Source of the DNA: Raillietiella orientalis
Taxonomy: Eukaryota
Direction of reading: 5' to 3'
DNA length: 64,000 nucleotides
Assembly (NCBI GenBank): GCA_036172245.1
Contig: JAYWIR010000003.1
Span: 4,030,001 to 4,094,000, forward strand
Made by a program: the position numbers and the translations under genes. Of the stretch, positions 48,015 through 60,688 are shown in pieces (positions within the stretch are counted from its first letter, which is position 1; the number at the start of each line of letters is the position of its first letter). Under the pieces are notes generated by a model. That model was not told the origin of the DNA. It ran no database searches and worked only from the letters and a program-made list of their open reading frames with translations.

Positions 48015-48720
48015 CCGGCGATACTCAACCTATGGCCCGCGGGCCGTATGGGGCCCATATCACTCACAGCCACTAAATGTTTTTTTTTTCAACTTCTGGT
48101 AGTCGGGCGGTGGTGAAAAAGGGCGGTGTTTATGAAAGGCAAATCGCGAGCGGTTGGCGCCCACGCGAGCAGCGAGCGCCTCTCGCGGGTTGTTCTGTGT
48201 TTGTTTCGCGATTTCGCAGCAGTTGTTCTGTGTTTGTTTCGCAGAAGCAACAGTTGTTGTGTACACAGTTTCGTTCCTTATCGTTTTCAGTGCTCGTACG
48301 CGGAAAGAATACAGTCCGTGCTTAACTCACCACAAGTTAAAAAGTATTTGTTTTCATCCATATCCTTCCGATTTTGTTTTTTTTTTTGCATAAAATAAAT
48401 GAATGTAAAAAAAAAAAAAATATATTGTGTTGAAATTTGTGTCAAAAATAATTTGATTACCCACAATGGCAGGAAAGTGTCTTCAAAAACACAAAACAAA
48501 AAAAAAATATCTGAAGAAATTCGAACGTTTCAAGACAACCGGGAGGAAGCACATTTTGTTGTGTGCCAAATGGACACCGTCCGGTAAGTCGTTCCATTTG
48601 CCGCGAAAGAACATTGCGAAGAAGATACAACACTGTCCGTCATTATGCTACGAAACACGAATCACCGAATGACACGTATCCCCGAGGGTCTTTGGCAAGA
48701 CGTGAAAAGTCGACTTTTTT
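48015..48720 (+). mobile_element. hAT (Buster/SPIN/GTF2IRD2-like) transposon left end and transposase N-terminal relic
   Basis: Left-end motif ..CTCAACCTATGGCCCGCGGGCC; KKKISEEIRTFQDNREEAHFVV and ICRE..RRYNTVRHYATKH (cf. KRKxxxExRxFQ..W..YF, CLIC..KEYNxxRHYxTKH). Confidence 0.7.
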
Positions 48721-49746
48721 TTTTTTCCCAATAAGTCATTGCAACAGCAGCAAAGCGTTGTGTCAGTGGCGTCGGCCCGCGTCGTGTTGCAAACTGATGT
48801 GTGTGACCCGGGAAGAAGCATCACTGGCCTAGACGAAGGGTCATCTCTTTCGCAGCGCTCCCGGAGACCGACGCGAACCGAAAAAGGTCTTCTGGAAAAA
48901 CCCAGAGCTGCAAGCGAAGATGATAACAGGAGGATGCCTTTCGTGGGTCCCCGGCGACCCACTTGAACAGAATCACCCGGTGCAGCTGCTGCCCCTCGTC
49001 TCCGTGGCCTCCCACAACCCGGAAACCACACTTCGTTCCAAGCCATGCCTGCCCGCACATCGCTGGTCAGCTCACTTGGCTGATAGGTCGTTTGCAAAAT
49101 AAAAGCCTTCTCAATAAGAGTTTTGGAGCATTTTTTTTCTTCTTCTTTTTTTTTTTTTACAATGACGGCGGAAAGCTACCAATTTTCGATGTTCCCTCGA
49201 AGAATGCATTCTTATGGGCACAGACCGCTCGCTTGGCCCCCTACAGGCCCGTGTGACTTTGAATTCACATACCAATATACCGATATCTTATTGGCATATG
49301 TAATTTTTTACCGCAAGGTGGCACATACACGTCTTGTTGTACAACGCCTCCTTGGTAACAGTCTTGGTAACGGGTAGCGACTCGAACCCGAGATATAGAG
49401 GTAAATGCTTTTGCGAGTTGTCTGTAGATGAAAGTTGCATGCAGCATCCTTTGTTCCGTCGTTGTTTTGATAAACAAGGAAGAGCCTACGTCATAGCTCT
49501 TGGTCTGTACATCAATAACCCCTTATTTGTTTGCGTCGAAACAACCGTTCTGCCATTATTTTCACATGGTACAGCTTGTGACTTTCTGTGTATTTGCGAT
49601 AACGCTCGTGTTTTTTTTGTTTTTTTTTTTTAGTTTTCTGTGCTGGAGGCCTGAAATATGAATAGCAAAACATAATATAAAAATAAAAGAGTAGAAAGAA
49701 TGAGAAGAAGCATTAGCGGCAATGGATCCGTGGATTCTTTATTAGA

Positions 49747-50319
49747 ATGACTGACTCGGACGAAGAAGATCAGCCACTAGTATTTAATCGAAGACGTATA
49801 ATTATCATCATCGATAGCGACGATAAATTGAGTGGTGAGTCGTCATCAGATGACGAAGATTTCAAACCACAAAAAATCTCTTGGCCGTCAGTATCCCGTC
49901 CGAAAAACAGTCTTCGTCTTCCTTGGGAAGGAAAAAGTCCTGAAGATCCTGAAGCACCCCACTCTCCTATGGCCTATTTCCGAAAGTTATTCGATGTCGA
50001 AATTATAAGTAATACAGCAGACTATACCAATACGTATGCACTGCAGCGTGGTCCAGAGAAATCCATAGGCGTTTAATCTAATGAAATCGAGCGGTTCTTC
50101 GATTGACGGGTTGTTTTATGGAATTCCACTCTTAAGCAAAAGTGCAAACGTTGTACGCCGCTGCAACCCCAAAGTCACAAAGCATATTCGTTATAATGAG
50201 ATCATTGAAATTACTGAATTCATTATTAATTTGTATTTAGAGGTTGATGTTCGTTAATTTCACGTTACGTGGAATTTTTCATAGCCTTGAAAAAAATTCG
50301 GACCATAGATGGTGGTTAA
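49747..50319 (+). mobile_element. Internally deleted piggyBac-like transposon (transposase N-terminus + probable right end)
   Basis: Acidic N-terminus then SPMAYFRKLFDVEIISNTADYTNTYA..NEIERF (cf. PGBD SPxxYFxxFF..TNxYA..EIxxF); ends ...GATGGTGG|TTAA. Left TIR not located. Confidence 0.7.
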
Positions 50320-50349
50320 CAGTGGTGCACCGAAGTTACTTTAACTTTC

Positions 50350-50720
50350 TTCTACGGGATTGAAACTTTGGGCTGATAATTTGAAACTCGGCACAAACAT
50401 CGTTGAACAGTGATGTATTTCATTATGTAGGGCTGCTTGCAGCAGGGTGTGGTCGGTGAAAAGTCGGTAAGAGTAGCGAAGACCCCGTTCGAGTTAAAGG
50501 GATTTTGAAACCCTCTGTCCACCCTCTGTTGGGCTTTGCCAGCAGCTGAGCGGCACGGCGTGCGTCTTTGGTAGGGGCTGCGTGCAGTCGGCCGGGGAGG
50601 GGCATTTTGGTCCGAATGTGGAAGCTTCCTGTTCATCTCGTGAGCTACCTTGGGTTTGTAAGGTTGAGCTTCGTCATCGAGTACGGCAAAGGCCATTCAA
50701 CAGCCCTCTTTCTTCGCGAC
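50350..50720 (-). mobile_element. Possible Helitron helicase C-terminal relic
   Basis: MAFAVLDDEAQPYKPKVA (cf. LAFAMTINKAQGQxLKVA) and PGRLHAAPTK (cf. HGQLYVAxSR). Confidence 0.4.
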
Positions 50721-51649
50721 GGTTAGCAAGCCGTCCCGTTTTGTCTCTTTTTCTTTTTCTTTTCTCGGTCTTTGCGATGAGTCAAGAGGCGACCTTCAGC
50801 TTCTAAGATGGAAGGCAAGACTTGAATCACGCAGGCTTCCGATTGCCATGTTGCTTCTGCGTAGTACCACTTTGCATAGTATTCATCGTACTCAAGGCGT
50901 CGTATTGTTCGTATTGGTTTCATCCATGTTTCCATTCCTCTCAGCATCAGATGAACATTACCCTCAGGGGTATGTATGCCAGCCGCTCTTAGAGTGTAGG
51001 GAATCAGTGTAGCGGCATGTGTGTCCCCTTTGCATAGTTGGGTGCTTCCCCTTAGACTCAGCATTAGCGGACAGAACGTCTTACTCTTACATCAGGAGAA
51101 ACATCCCCAAGCGCGTGGAGTTTCCCTACGCTTTCAACGGCGCCCTCAGACGCTAACGCGTGCGAACGCCTTCCGCATGTGTGCAGGAAAGCAATAAATC
51201 GATTACTGAATGAGGCCGGCGTACACACGGGAAGGGTACGTGGTGTACATGTGCCGTAATACGCACAGATCTCGTGTTATCAAAGGTACCGCGATCTCTT
51301 TGACGTTAACGATCTTATGCTCGCTTAAGGATATCACGCATTTTTTTGTCTTTCCGGAACAGGCGGAAAAGAAAAAAAAAATTGCCATACATCGATCCCT
51401 GCTTTGTTCCATCAATTAACAAAGAAATCTCTTCGTTTTGTATTTGAACGGAGATGTGCTTTCTGATTGTGAAATCAGGAAGCAAAAGGCTGGAAGCTGA
51501 ATGCTGCCAAGCGCCTAATCTTTGCGCGGGGCGTCATCTCCTGAAAGGAAGGGGCGCAGAAGAAGAAGAAGAAGAAGGAAAAAGACAGCTGTTGCTCCTG
51601 CCTTCTGCCTGCCAGACACATATAAGTGGGTCACCTTCCTTCCTTCGTC

Positions 51650-53840
51650 CGCGTCATTCCCCGTTCCGGCTTTGAGCTTCGAAAGGAATGCGCGAACCCG
51701 TCCGCCTGTCTGATGGACGTGGGAGGAACCGAAGGTTCAGTCCTGTTGCCACGCCTTCCCGGCTCTGTCGGTCCCGGGTTCCCGTGCGGCGATCCTCTCC
51801 CTTCGGAGCACGAGCCCTTTTCCACTTCCCTCCCGTCCTTTTCCGACTTGCTTTCACACGCGGAGTCTGCTACCCTTCGGGGCTTATTGCGTCTGCTCAC
51901 ACACATCCAATCAGATAGCAGCGTTTCTGCATACGCAAGCCGAGGCGAATGGCAATCAGTTCTTATCCGTCCAGAAATCATCAATACAGCAATAAGTATC
52001 CGAAGTCGTGACTCGCGGGAGACCCCGATAGGTCCCTCACCCGTGCAGCGCACCCAGCTGTAGTGGGACGATCCGAGAAAAGTCCACTCGCGACAGCCGC
52101 GAAGCGATTCCGGAGAGCTCCGGGGACAGGGTGGGAGAGGGAGGGAAGAGGGCGCGAAAGCGGACTGCCTGCTTCCTGCGCAGAGGGACCTCTGGAACGG
52201 GTGGCAGACCCGACACGGCGCAGAGGCGCGCGCGTCCTCCTCGGAAAAGTTTCCTCCGGGCAGTAGCTAGTCCCGACGGAAAACGCGACGGTACGGTTGG
52301 CTGCTGCCGCACCTGAGAATTCCTTCCCTCCTCCTTCCCCTCCCCGTCCCCCCCTTCCTCCAGCTTTCTCTTTATTCCTCCTCCGGGAACTGGAACCAGA
52401 GTCAGTCCGACGCGGGGAGAATCCCAATGCCACCACGGCAACGTTTATTGAAATAGGGCATTGCATCGGAAGCATCTGCAGCTGCGCGATACAATCGGAA
52501 GAAAGAAGAAGAGGCAAAAAAAGAAAAGAAACAGGTGGTATCTGCCAAGGTGCGCCCCCGGAATCCCAAAGCGCTCTCGCCTCATCAGCAAGCGGCTATC
52601 ATTACTCGGGCGGAATACGAAATTTCATCTCCGTGCCACGTGATGTCGCGTCCTCACCCAATGCGTTAAGATGCTGCCAATCCTGATTGGCCGGAGGACC
52701 TCACACGACTCGATGCAGCTGACCCTGAATCCTTCGAGCACTCCTCAGACCAACTCAGCAGCAGCTGGAGCGAACTCTCTCGTCCCAGAAGTCGCGTCGC
52801 CATCTGCGCACTTCCGAGACCGGGAAAACTGTCCGGTCCTCGATCACGTTCCAGTGCGGGAGACGTCGAAGGAGGCCACTCCCGCCTCCACGTCCCGCGA
52901 CCCTACGTCCTGCTCCTTCCCCGCCCTTCGAGCGATTCCTCTGCGGTGCGCGCAGCCACGCGGCGCTCTTCGCGAAATTCGACGACGGCGTGCCGAAAGG
53001 ATCGAAGAGATTCCTCTCCGGGAGTTTCCTGGACGCTTGGCGATTCGGAGAGGGACGACACGCACGCCGTGCGCTCCCTCGCCACCCTTCCTTTCCTCCC
53101 GCAAAGGAACGACCCCTCGTCTTCACCCTTCGACCTCACCGCTCCTCACCGCCGCCCGCCGAGACTCGCACCGAAGGCGTCCGCCAACCGCGAAAATGCG
53201 CCCGGCCGGCTGCGTCCAGCGGCCGCTCGTCCGCAGGCAGAGATCCGCGTTCCACCCGCGAAGGCTGGGAAAAGGATCGGAAAAACGCCTGACCGGAAAA
53301 AAAGGACCATTTCCGGGAGCAGCCGCCCTTCGAGCGAGAGCTCTCTTGCGCGCTCTTGGCCGAGGTTCGCGTCCCGCGAGGCACGCGCCTCCCGAAAGCA
53401 GCCGACCTTTCGGGCGACCCCACCGATGCGCCCCGGCGCCACGAGCGGTCGACGCTCCTGCTTACGTCAGCCGAATCCATCCGCGCCCCTTCCTTCCTTT
53501 CTTCCTCCCTGCGCTGCTACCCGGCGACCTCTTGGCTCACCACGTCTTCGCCTGACGCCACGCCTGACCACTTGCGTTTCGTCGTGCGCGCCGCGGACAG
53601 CTTCTAGCCGCAGAAAAGGCTGCCTTGGAAGGATGTCCGCACGGATGTCTCCCAAGATCACGCCCGAGTCGGCGGACGCTCGGCCACCCATCCTCTTCGA
53701 GCTTCGTCGAGCGCAGCTTCGTGAAGGCGGGCCCCTGTTTCGAGAAAGGGGCCAGCCGGGGGTCTCTTGCTCTTCGGTGAAGTGGGCGGGTCCGCCGTCT
53801 CCGATGCCGATCCGCTTGCGTCCCGTGCGAAAAAGTCGGA
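51650..53840 (-). mobile_element. Decayed I/Jockey-type LINE 5' portion (ORF1 + AP endonuclease)
   Basis: ORF1 segment nearly identical to 27843-28736; LMISGRIRTDCHSPRLAYAETLLSDWM..RRN (cf. GDFNAHSPxWG..LxDW..LN). Confidence 0.55.
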
Positions 53841-53843
53841 GTT

Positions 53844-54626
53844 CGCGTTGGCGGCCGCTTGGCTGCCGTCTCCACGCGTGGCACTACGCGTCGCGGGTTC
53901 GAATCCCGCCCGGGGAAGGAAGGGTCGACGCCAAGAAATGGGGCTACGTCGTGGGTTTCGAGTCCTCCCCTCAGACAACGCTGGTTGGCCCATTCGCGTG
54001 CAGCGGCACCGGTGGAAGCCTGGAATCCCCTACTGCCCCCGTTGACTGGCCGGGATGGGAAGTTGACTCCCCAGGGTCCTTCCAGCAACCAAGGAGGTCC
54101 TTCTGGGTTCCCCTCCGGTTGTGAGAATGGAGCTGATTGATACCCCCTCGGTGGATTGCCTCTCCAGAGTCTAAGGAGCGCTGCTCCCTTCGAGGAGCGT
54201 GCCCTTCAGAGAAATTTGAAAGCGTCCCTTCGGGATTCTTTGTAGAGAAGTTCAGACAAGAAGTGGATCTTTTCCGGGTGCCCTCTGGAGAGGAAACGAG
54301 GAATGGCCCACTCCGAAGAGTCGCTCCGGAGAAGAACAAGGAAGAGTTTACCTATAGGTTCCCCGTGAAGTGTTAGAGGAACGAACTCCCTCCTCCAGAG
54401 CCTTTCCTGGATTCGTGGGATGGTCCCTCCGGGGTTGCCCCTTTTAACTTGAATCACACGCACCCTTGAGCAGCGTGGGCAGCGTCAAAGAGCTTCTTGG
54501 CTCCCTTCTCCCTAAGGAGGCGAACGGTTCTTTAGCACTCCGGGAGAACCAAAATAAAAGAAAGCCTGGAAGGGAAGCAGCGAAAGCAGAAAAACCCAAA
54601 GGATTTCCCTCATCCGGCCCAGGCCA
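53844..54626 (+). mobile_element. Full-length copy of the SINE-like family
   Basis: A-box-like TGGCGGCCGCTTGG, perfect B-box GGTTCGAATCCC (53896-53907), hairpin units, A-rich tail ending GGATTTCCCTCATCCGGCCCAGGCCA. Confidence 0.85.
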
Positions 54627-55019
54627 CTTCTGTTGAAAAATAAGCAAGCAGCGCTTTCTGTGGTGATTCATCACGCCTGCAGGTCTGTGCCTACGCTGGA
54701 AATGATGCACATGCAAAGAGCATCACTTGGAATGCAAAGTGAGCCAATTTGAGGCTGGTACTCCATACAAAAGTGCGTTGTCTGTGGATGGCCCTATTTT
54801 TTTTTTTATTCCCTCGAATCTTTTCTTCTTTTTTTTACCTTCTCATACATATATATATATATATATATATAATGCTCCATAAAATCCCCTGTTTACTTCT
54901 TTATTTCTCTGTATTCAAAGCACGAGCTGACTGCATCTTGCGGTGCTCGGCCGCCAGTTCATTTAAGCGACACTGGAAAGTTCACCTTGGACCATTCCTC
55001 AAAATGCTCTACAAAATCC

Positions 55020-55300
55020 CTTCTTGAATAGTGGAAAAGCAGTCCACCATTTTTTATCCTTCCGATTTTCCTACACACTTCGCTATGCCTGGATGTCCGT
55101 ACGCTTTGCCCGAGGCAATTTCGTTAGACTTCAATACATTCGGTCGCAACCGCTTCTCGATGCTAGTCACTTCAGAGGCATTTTTCACCTCACAGGGAGT
55201 CGTGCTGCCTGGGGAGCTTCCCTACGTAAGCTTGCAGGTGGCTCGGGGCAAGTTCGGAGCAAGCGGAAGCTCAAAAGCATAGACGAATCTTCCTGAAGGA
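55020..55300 (+). mobile_element. Possible Helitron helicase relic
   Basis: FYPSDFPTHFAMPGCP (cf. YPxEFLNSLxxPGxP) and LPGELPYVSL (cf. HGQLYVAL). Confidence 0.35.
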
Positions 55301-58300
55301 AGGACTACTGTCATAAGTCGGATGTCCGATGAAACCAAAGCGATGCCTGAGTTCTGCACTGAAAATGTCAAAGTCAATGATCTGAAATCAGCTAAATGAT
55401 TCTCAACATCTCAGAAAGCGGGGTGGGCCCTCTCACCCGCTAAAGTCAAAGATGGATTCTAAGAATCCCTAATTCTATCTAGAATGGCCACCAAGTCAAA
55501 TAGTACTCAAATCATGAATATTCTTCTTCCATCCATGATGCGCCGTGGTCAAAAAAACGTCAAATTTGCCTTGACCTGACTCATTTTGAAATGGAAGAGT
55601 CGTGCGAGCAAATGTAATGCTCCAGTTCTTCTCCCCAGTTTTCAACTTTCTGTATCATCTCCAGCTAGCCTTTTACATGGCAGTTTCCTCATCTTCGCCG
55701 CTTTCTAATGAAAGCGAGGAAGCAAAAATCTTCCCTCCAACTTTGACCGACTCCCAAAGTACGTGCGGATTCAGAAAAGTAGCAAATTTGGAACGGTAAG
55801 CCGCTCCGTGAGAAGTAGAGGGGCGGAATGGGATGGTGCATCACATAAAGGGATAGGTAGGAGTAGAGAATGCTATAGTTGGGCAAGAATTTTCCATCGA
55901 TCAGTATAAGAGCGGTCACGAATCATAGATGACGTAGCACGAAAAGCACACATTTTGCAACCATTGCTGCTGTAACATCATCCCAAAAGAGTCTGCAAGT
56001 GTGCTAAAGAGGTACAGGATCCGAAAATTGCTCTGAACCTTCGGAGTTTGAATGTGAAAATGCAGTAGGCCGCCTAGCAACAAGATGCTTAGCTGCCTTT
56101 ATGTAGCCAACATCCTGTTGGTCAGGTCTTGAGAAGCTGATCATCAGTGAATGCCTGATTTTTGGAAAAAGAAAAAAAAAAAAATAGTTTGGAATTCCGT
56201 AAGGAAGAAATAAAGAATGTAACCCGAAATGATATGCGGAAATCTTATACATAAAACCATGTGAGTTATTGGTTCAACTACTCTAAACTTCTAGTCAAAT
56301 CCTCTGTTCCGGAAAATGAGCTGGAGATCGGTATTGAAGAACGTGAGACTTAAGTTAAGTTATTCTAGGGGACAGAGTCGAAATGGCGAGCGATTGTCCT
56401 ACCATGGCAATTCATCAATCTCCGAGAGTAGTCACAGTCAACAAAAATGACTTTATTGGAGCAGCTCTTGCTATCATGACAGAAAGCAGTGCTGATGACA
56501 GCTGCAGAGACACACGCATAAGATCAGATTGTTCACTAGGAGTCAGCCATGGAAAGGCAACAGAGATAATGGAATGCCATGAGCCAGACTTATCTCTTTC
56601 CTTCAATAGTTTCAGCTATCGAGCTACAGGAAAAAATCATTTAATGCAAGAGCACAGCGGCACATCTGGAGCACTAATCCAGGAAGTTAGTGACAAAGAG
56701 TGCGAGTAACGCTTTTGTAGACAATGCTTTTGCTTACTAAAGACTATTTGGCAAGATGAAACAATCCACTTGTCTCTAGGACCTTCTGTGAATTAAGACA
56801 AAGAACCTCATCCGTTGATGAAGCGAAACGAAAGGTGTGATCTCAAGCATTCCTGGCTAGACTGATTCCTGATGCTTGTTTTGGACAAGCCTTTGAATTC
56901 TTCCCCCCAAAATTTTACGAAACTAAGAACTTCTTATCGAGTGGTCCCCAAGAAAATCCAAAATGGCCTCCGCTCTCGGGGCAGCAGCAGAGACCATATC
57001 GAATTTTCTCATGTTCATCTGGCATCAAGTGCATCTCGGGCTAATACTGCGTTTCTTCGGTTGAATTATTTTATAGCAAATTTCCTCTTATTCATTGGGG
57101 CTCTTGCAGCACTCGTGGCAACCTCTTCGGTTCTATCAGTTGCCTCCGTAGAACCGAACATCCTCGTGTCAGCAACACTTGGTTCATTTCCTCACATTGA
57201 CTCGATAACACTAGCAAAACAGATCAAGGTCATGGTGTGTTCCCTAGTAGTCATGACCGATGAACAAATTCCTTTCCGGTGTCACACTCGAAGCTATGCT
57301 TAAGAACACTCATACATCTGTCCATCTGACATTTCGAAACTGTCGTGGAAACATCCGACAAAGCCATGAGGACGTCATACCGTGATCTCTATGAGACAGT
57401 AATAAAACAGAAGACAACTTCGTGAAAGGAGCGCTTCTTTGATTTACGTAGCCTAGTAAACAAGAACGGATTGATGATACCAGCAGACCAATAACATGAA
57501 GAGAAATGTTGGTCCAAATTTCCAAATATGGAGACAGTAAAGTCCATTTGGTGGGAAGCTGTCTGCGAAAGGATGTAAGCTGGACTCTATAGCTGGATAC
57601 TGAAGATGCAAAGAGGCTTTCCTTTTTCATGAACAATTTCAAATAAATAATGGCAATGAATCTGAATCGACATCGTGTGTGAAAGTACTGATATTTGATG
57701 ACTTAAATATGAATGCAAGTGCAAACAAAATGGGTGGCTAGTCTGGAGTTTCCAGGAATAGAGCGGTTGCAATGTTAAGATCATGACCATTACTCTACTC
57801 CGGGAAACAAGCAGGCAGAAGTCATGCAGAAACAGAAGCTATTGTAGAAGTTTTCTACAATAGAGATATCATGTCACGACGTATTTGATAACGTATCATA
57901 TCGCCATGACAGCTATCGAATTCGCAGATAGTAATGTGTGGTATGACATTGGAAATTTACAACACTTATTTTACTGTTCGCAGCAGCATTTTTAAACAAG
58001 AAAAAAGAAAGGGCTGTCATACGGAAGGCATGGTGAAGGTCATCATTGCAGGTGAAATCAATCTTTCGAATATGTTGCGTCACACTATATTTAACTCAGT
58101 ATGCAAAATTTATAATTTAGCCATAATTTTTACGTGTTCCTCTGGTATACTGAAGTATGATCGTTTATTAGAGGAATAATTTTCCTATTATTTTCCTATA
58201 ATCTGGTTCACAGTGCATTGCTGAAGCACATGACGGAAGCTATGAATAATCAAAGTTTGAATGACGATTACATTACATCACCTTAAAACCGTTTATGATC

Positions 58301-58587
58301 ACATGATCACATGAATAAGATCCGATCATATGAATAAGTCAGAAGCAATGATCGGTCAGTCCGCAACGATTATGAGACCTCGAGGTTGCGGCAAACAGTA
58401 AGAACGCCTTAAACTATAAGAGCAGGCCGTGAGGAAATCAGTCCTTTGGAGCTATAGCAACATCCCTGATGCTACAGATAAACTCCAGACGATTGGTAAA
58501 GGATTTTCATTGAAATTCTAGAAACCGGCAACAAACTTTCGAGTAATCACGTGAAAACGACACTTGAGGAAAATTTCGAGAATACGA

Positions 58588-58628
58588 ATGTGTGTGTGTG
58601 TGTGTGCGTGTGTGTGTGTGTGTGTGTG
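58588..58628. repeat. (TG)n microsatellite
   Basis: Direct inspection. Confidence 0.9.
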
Positions 58629-60517
58629 TTTCCCAACTAATTAAAAGAACATGATTCAAGTCAAGTAACATGTAATCAGAATTGCTAATAGCAAGAACAG
58701 AACAAAAAAAGTTGAAATCCGAGTGGGAAGAATAACAGGATGCAGCCCTAAAAATGAATCTTGGGATTAATCAGACGGAAATTTTCCTCAACTTTCGAGA
58801 ATGTTTGAAATCCGTCACAAAACTTCTGTCATCGTGCTAGTAGTATGACTTTAGAAAGATCATAGGAGAGTTCGAGATGGAATCCCTCCAAGAATGAGCC
58901 AATACTGTTTTAAAGAGTGAAGTCACCTATGAGTGCACTGGAAGCAGAACAGTAGATTTGAGTAGATCTGAATTGATAGAAAATGATTGAAGGTGATGGC
59001 AAGCAGGCTTTGTGATGAAAACAAACAATTTCCAAATGAGTATTTTGATACATCAGCATTCAGACAACTCTGTGAAAAATCCATCGAGAAATATCAAAGA
59101 CAAGTGTAAAGGACTGACTATGTAAAAACTGAATTCAGTTTTTTTTTTCATTGCTAAATTTTGTTCCAGAACTCTCTCTTAGCAAATAGACGCTAGCCTT
59201 CACGAAATCCCAAACTTGGGAGCTGAAACTTTGGGTGTCTGCGTTCCTCTTATTGTCTCGTAACAGTGGTTGAAATTTAAGAAAGCAAGTCACTGTTTCA
59301 AAGGAACAAATAGGCAGGATTCAAGCAGCTCGGGTAGGAAATTTGTGTATTTCTACCGAGAAAGGTTGACTTTTGAATTTCCTTGTCCACATGTTTAAAG
59401 AAAACTCGTCACATGAATGCTTATAAAAGGATTTAGGAGATCTGAACTATTCCATGAATAGTTCATATCTCCTAAATCTAGCCTAATCCCCAAAAGAAGT
59501 CTAGAATGCATCCCTATTCGGAGCAGTCGAGATGTATTCCAGTCTTCTTTTGGAGATCCTTCCTATTACTATAGGATGTGCTCACGTTCCGTACTTTCCC
59601 CTCAAGACCCCCACCTTCTCTTTATATTTGATGTTTCCCTACTTTTACAAAAATGCCATGAATTTGCAAATTCGTTAAGAGAGAGGTCTTGAATGATTTA
59701 TTCCTAAGCATCGAGCAAGCATCCTTTACCTTAACTTTATCGAAATTTGTGTTTCGTGATAACCAAGAATTGCTTTCATAAATCATATAAATTGTTCTTT
59801 TAGAATAAAATCATTGTGGAACACTATTATATTCACAGAATCAAGAACAATTTCCCTAATTACACAGCTCGCTAATAATGTTATAGAAGATTGCCGAACC
59901 CTTGTAGAAGTAATAGGAAATGAATTTATGGAGTGATATCAGCGATACGATAAAGTTGTTAATTTTCCATCTTTAATGCTATTGCTCCATTCTCGGGACT
60001 GAGGTTAACAGAATCAAAGGGGAATTTGAAAAATTTTCAGTTAATGGTGTGTTCATAAAGTAATAATGGTAAGTTGTGCTTTGTAGAGTTTTTTTAAATA
60101 TTGAAATTCTGTAATAATTTGCACCTTGTGCGACTCAGAAGAGAGTCTTCTAAATATGTAATTGAACATAAATTTTGATCCTTAATTAGTATACAAAAAA
60201 TCAAAGTGCTAATAGCATTTATCTTTTTAACAGATTTCATTGACGGTCGTGAAATGGAAGGCGCATGGGAGCCTTCAGAGCCATAACAAGTGAAAGGTAC
60301 AAGAACACCTAATGGAAATCATGGAGAATCTCTTCAGCATTTATTATATGCATTAAAACCAAATAAAATATTTTGAAAACTTTGACTCTGGGGAAGAATT
60401 CATTGCAAGATATTGGTCTGGATGAGCGGTATATGAGCCGCTGAGAAGTGCTGAGGTTCTGCCAGAATGCCGTGGTATGCGTGAGTGTATTTGGAACTGC
60501 TGTGAATTCATCCAAAC

Positions 60518-60688
60518 ATGTCGAGTGAGTTGGATCCCCAATTTCTCAAAGCTCTGACATTACTACATTCGTCCGACCCAAATGCGACCGATGTTTTAAA
60601 GCAAATGTTAATAACGGCAATGAAAAACGAAAACATAAAGCCTCCCAAAGAAAGTCCACCGAGTGTGAAAGTAGGTGGTATGGAGAAA
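60518..60688 (+). CDS. INTS12: INTS12 coding exon 1
   Basis: [18 protein letters not shown]...GGMEK|GTTAGT; alternative in-frame donor GTAGGT after 60670. Confidence 0.88.

Noticed and set aside
53844..53915. Functional tRNA gene
   Set aside because: Only the A/B boxes and T-arm are tRNA-like; no convincing cloverleaf or oligo-T terminator, and it recurs as the head of a repeat.
56000..57900. 100-140 aa ORFs upstream of INTS12
   Set aside because: No recognisable motifs; probably old unclassified repeat or intergenic sequence.
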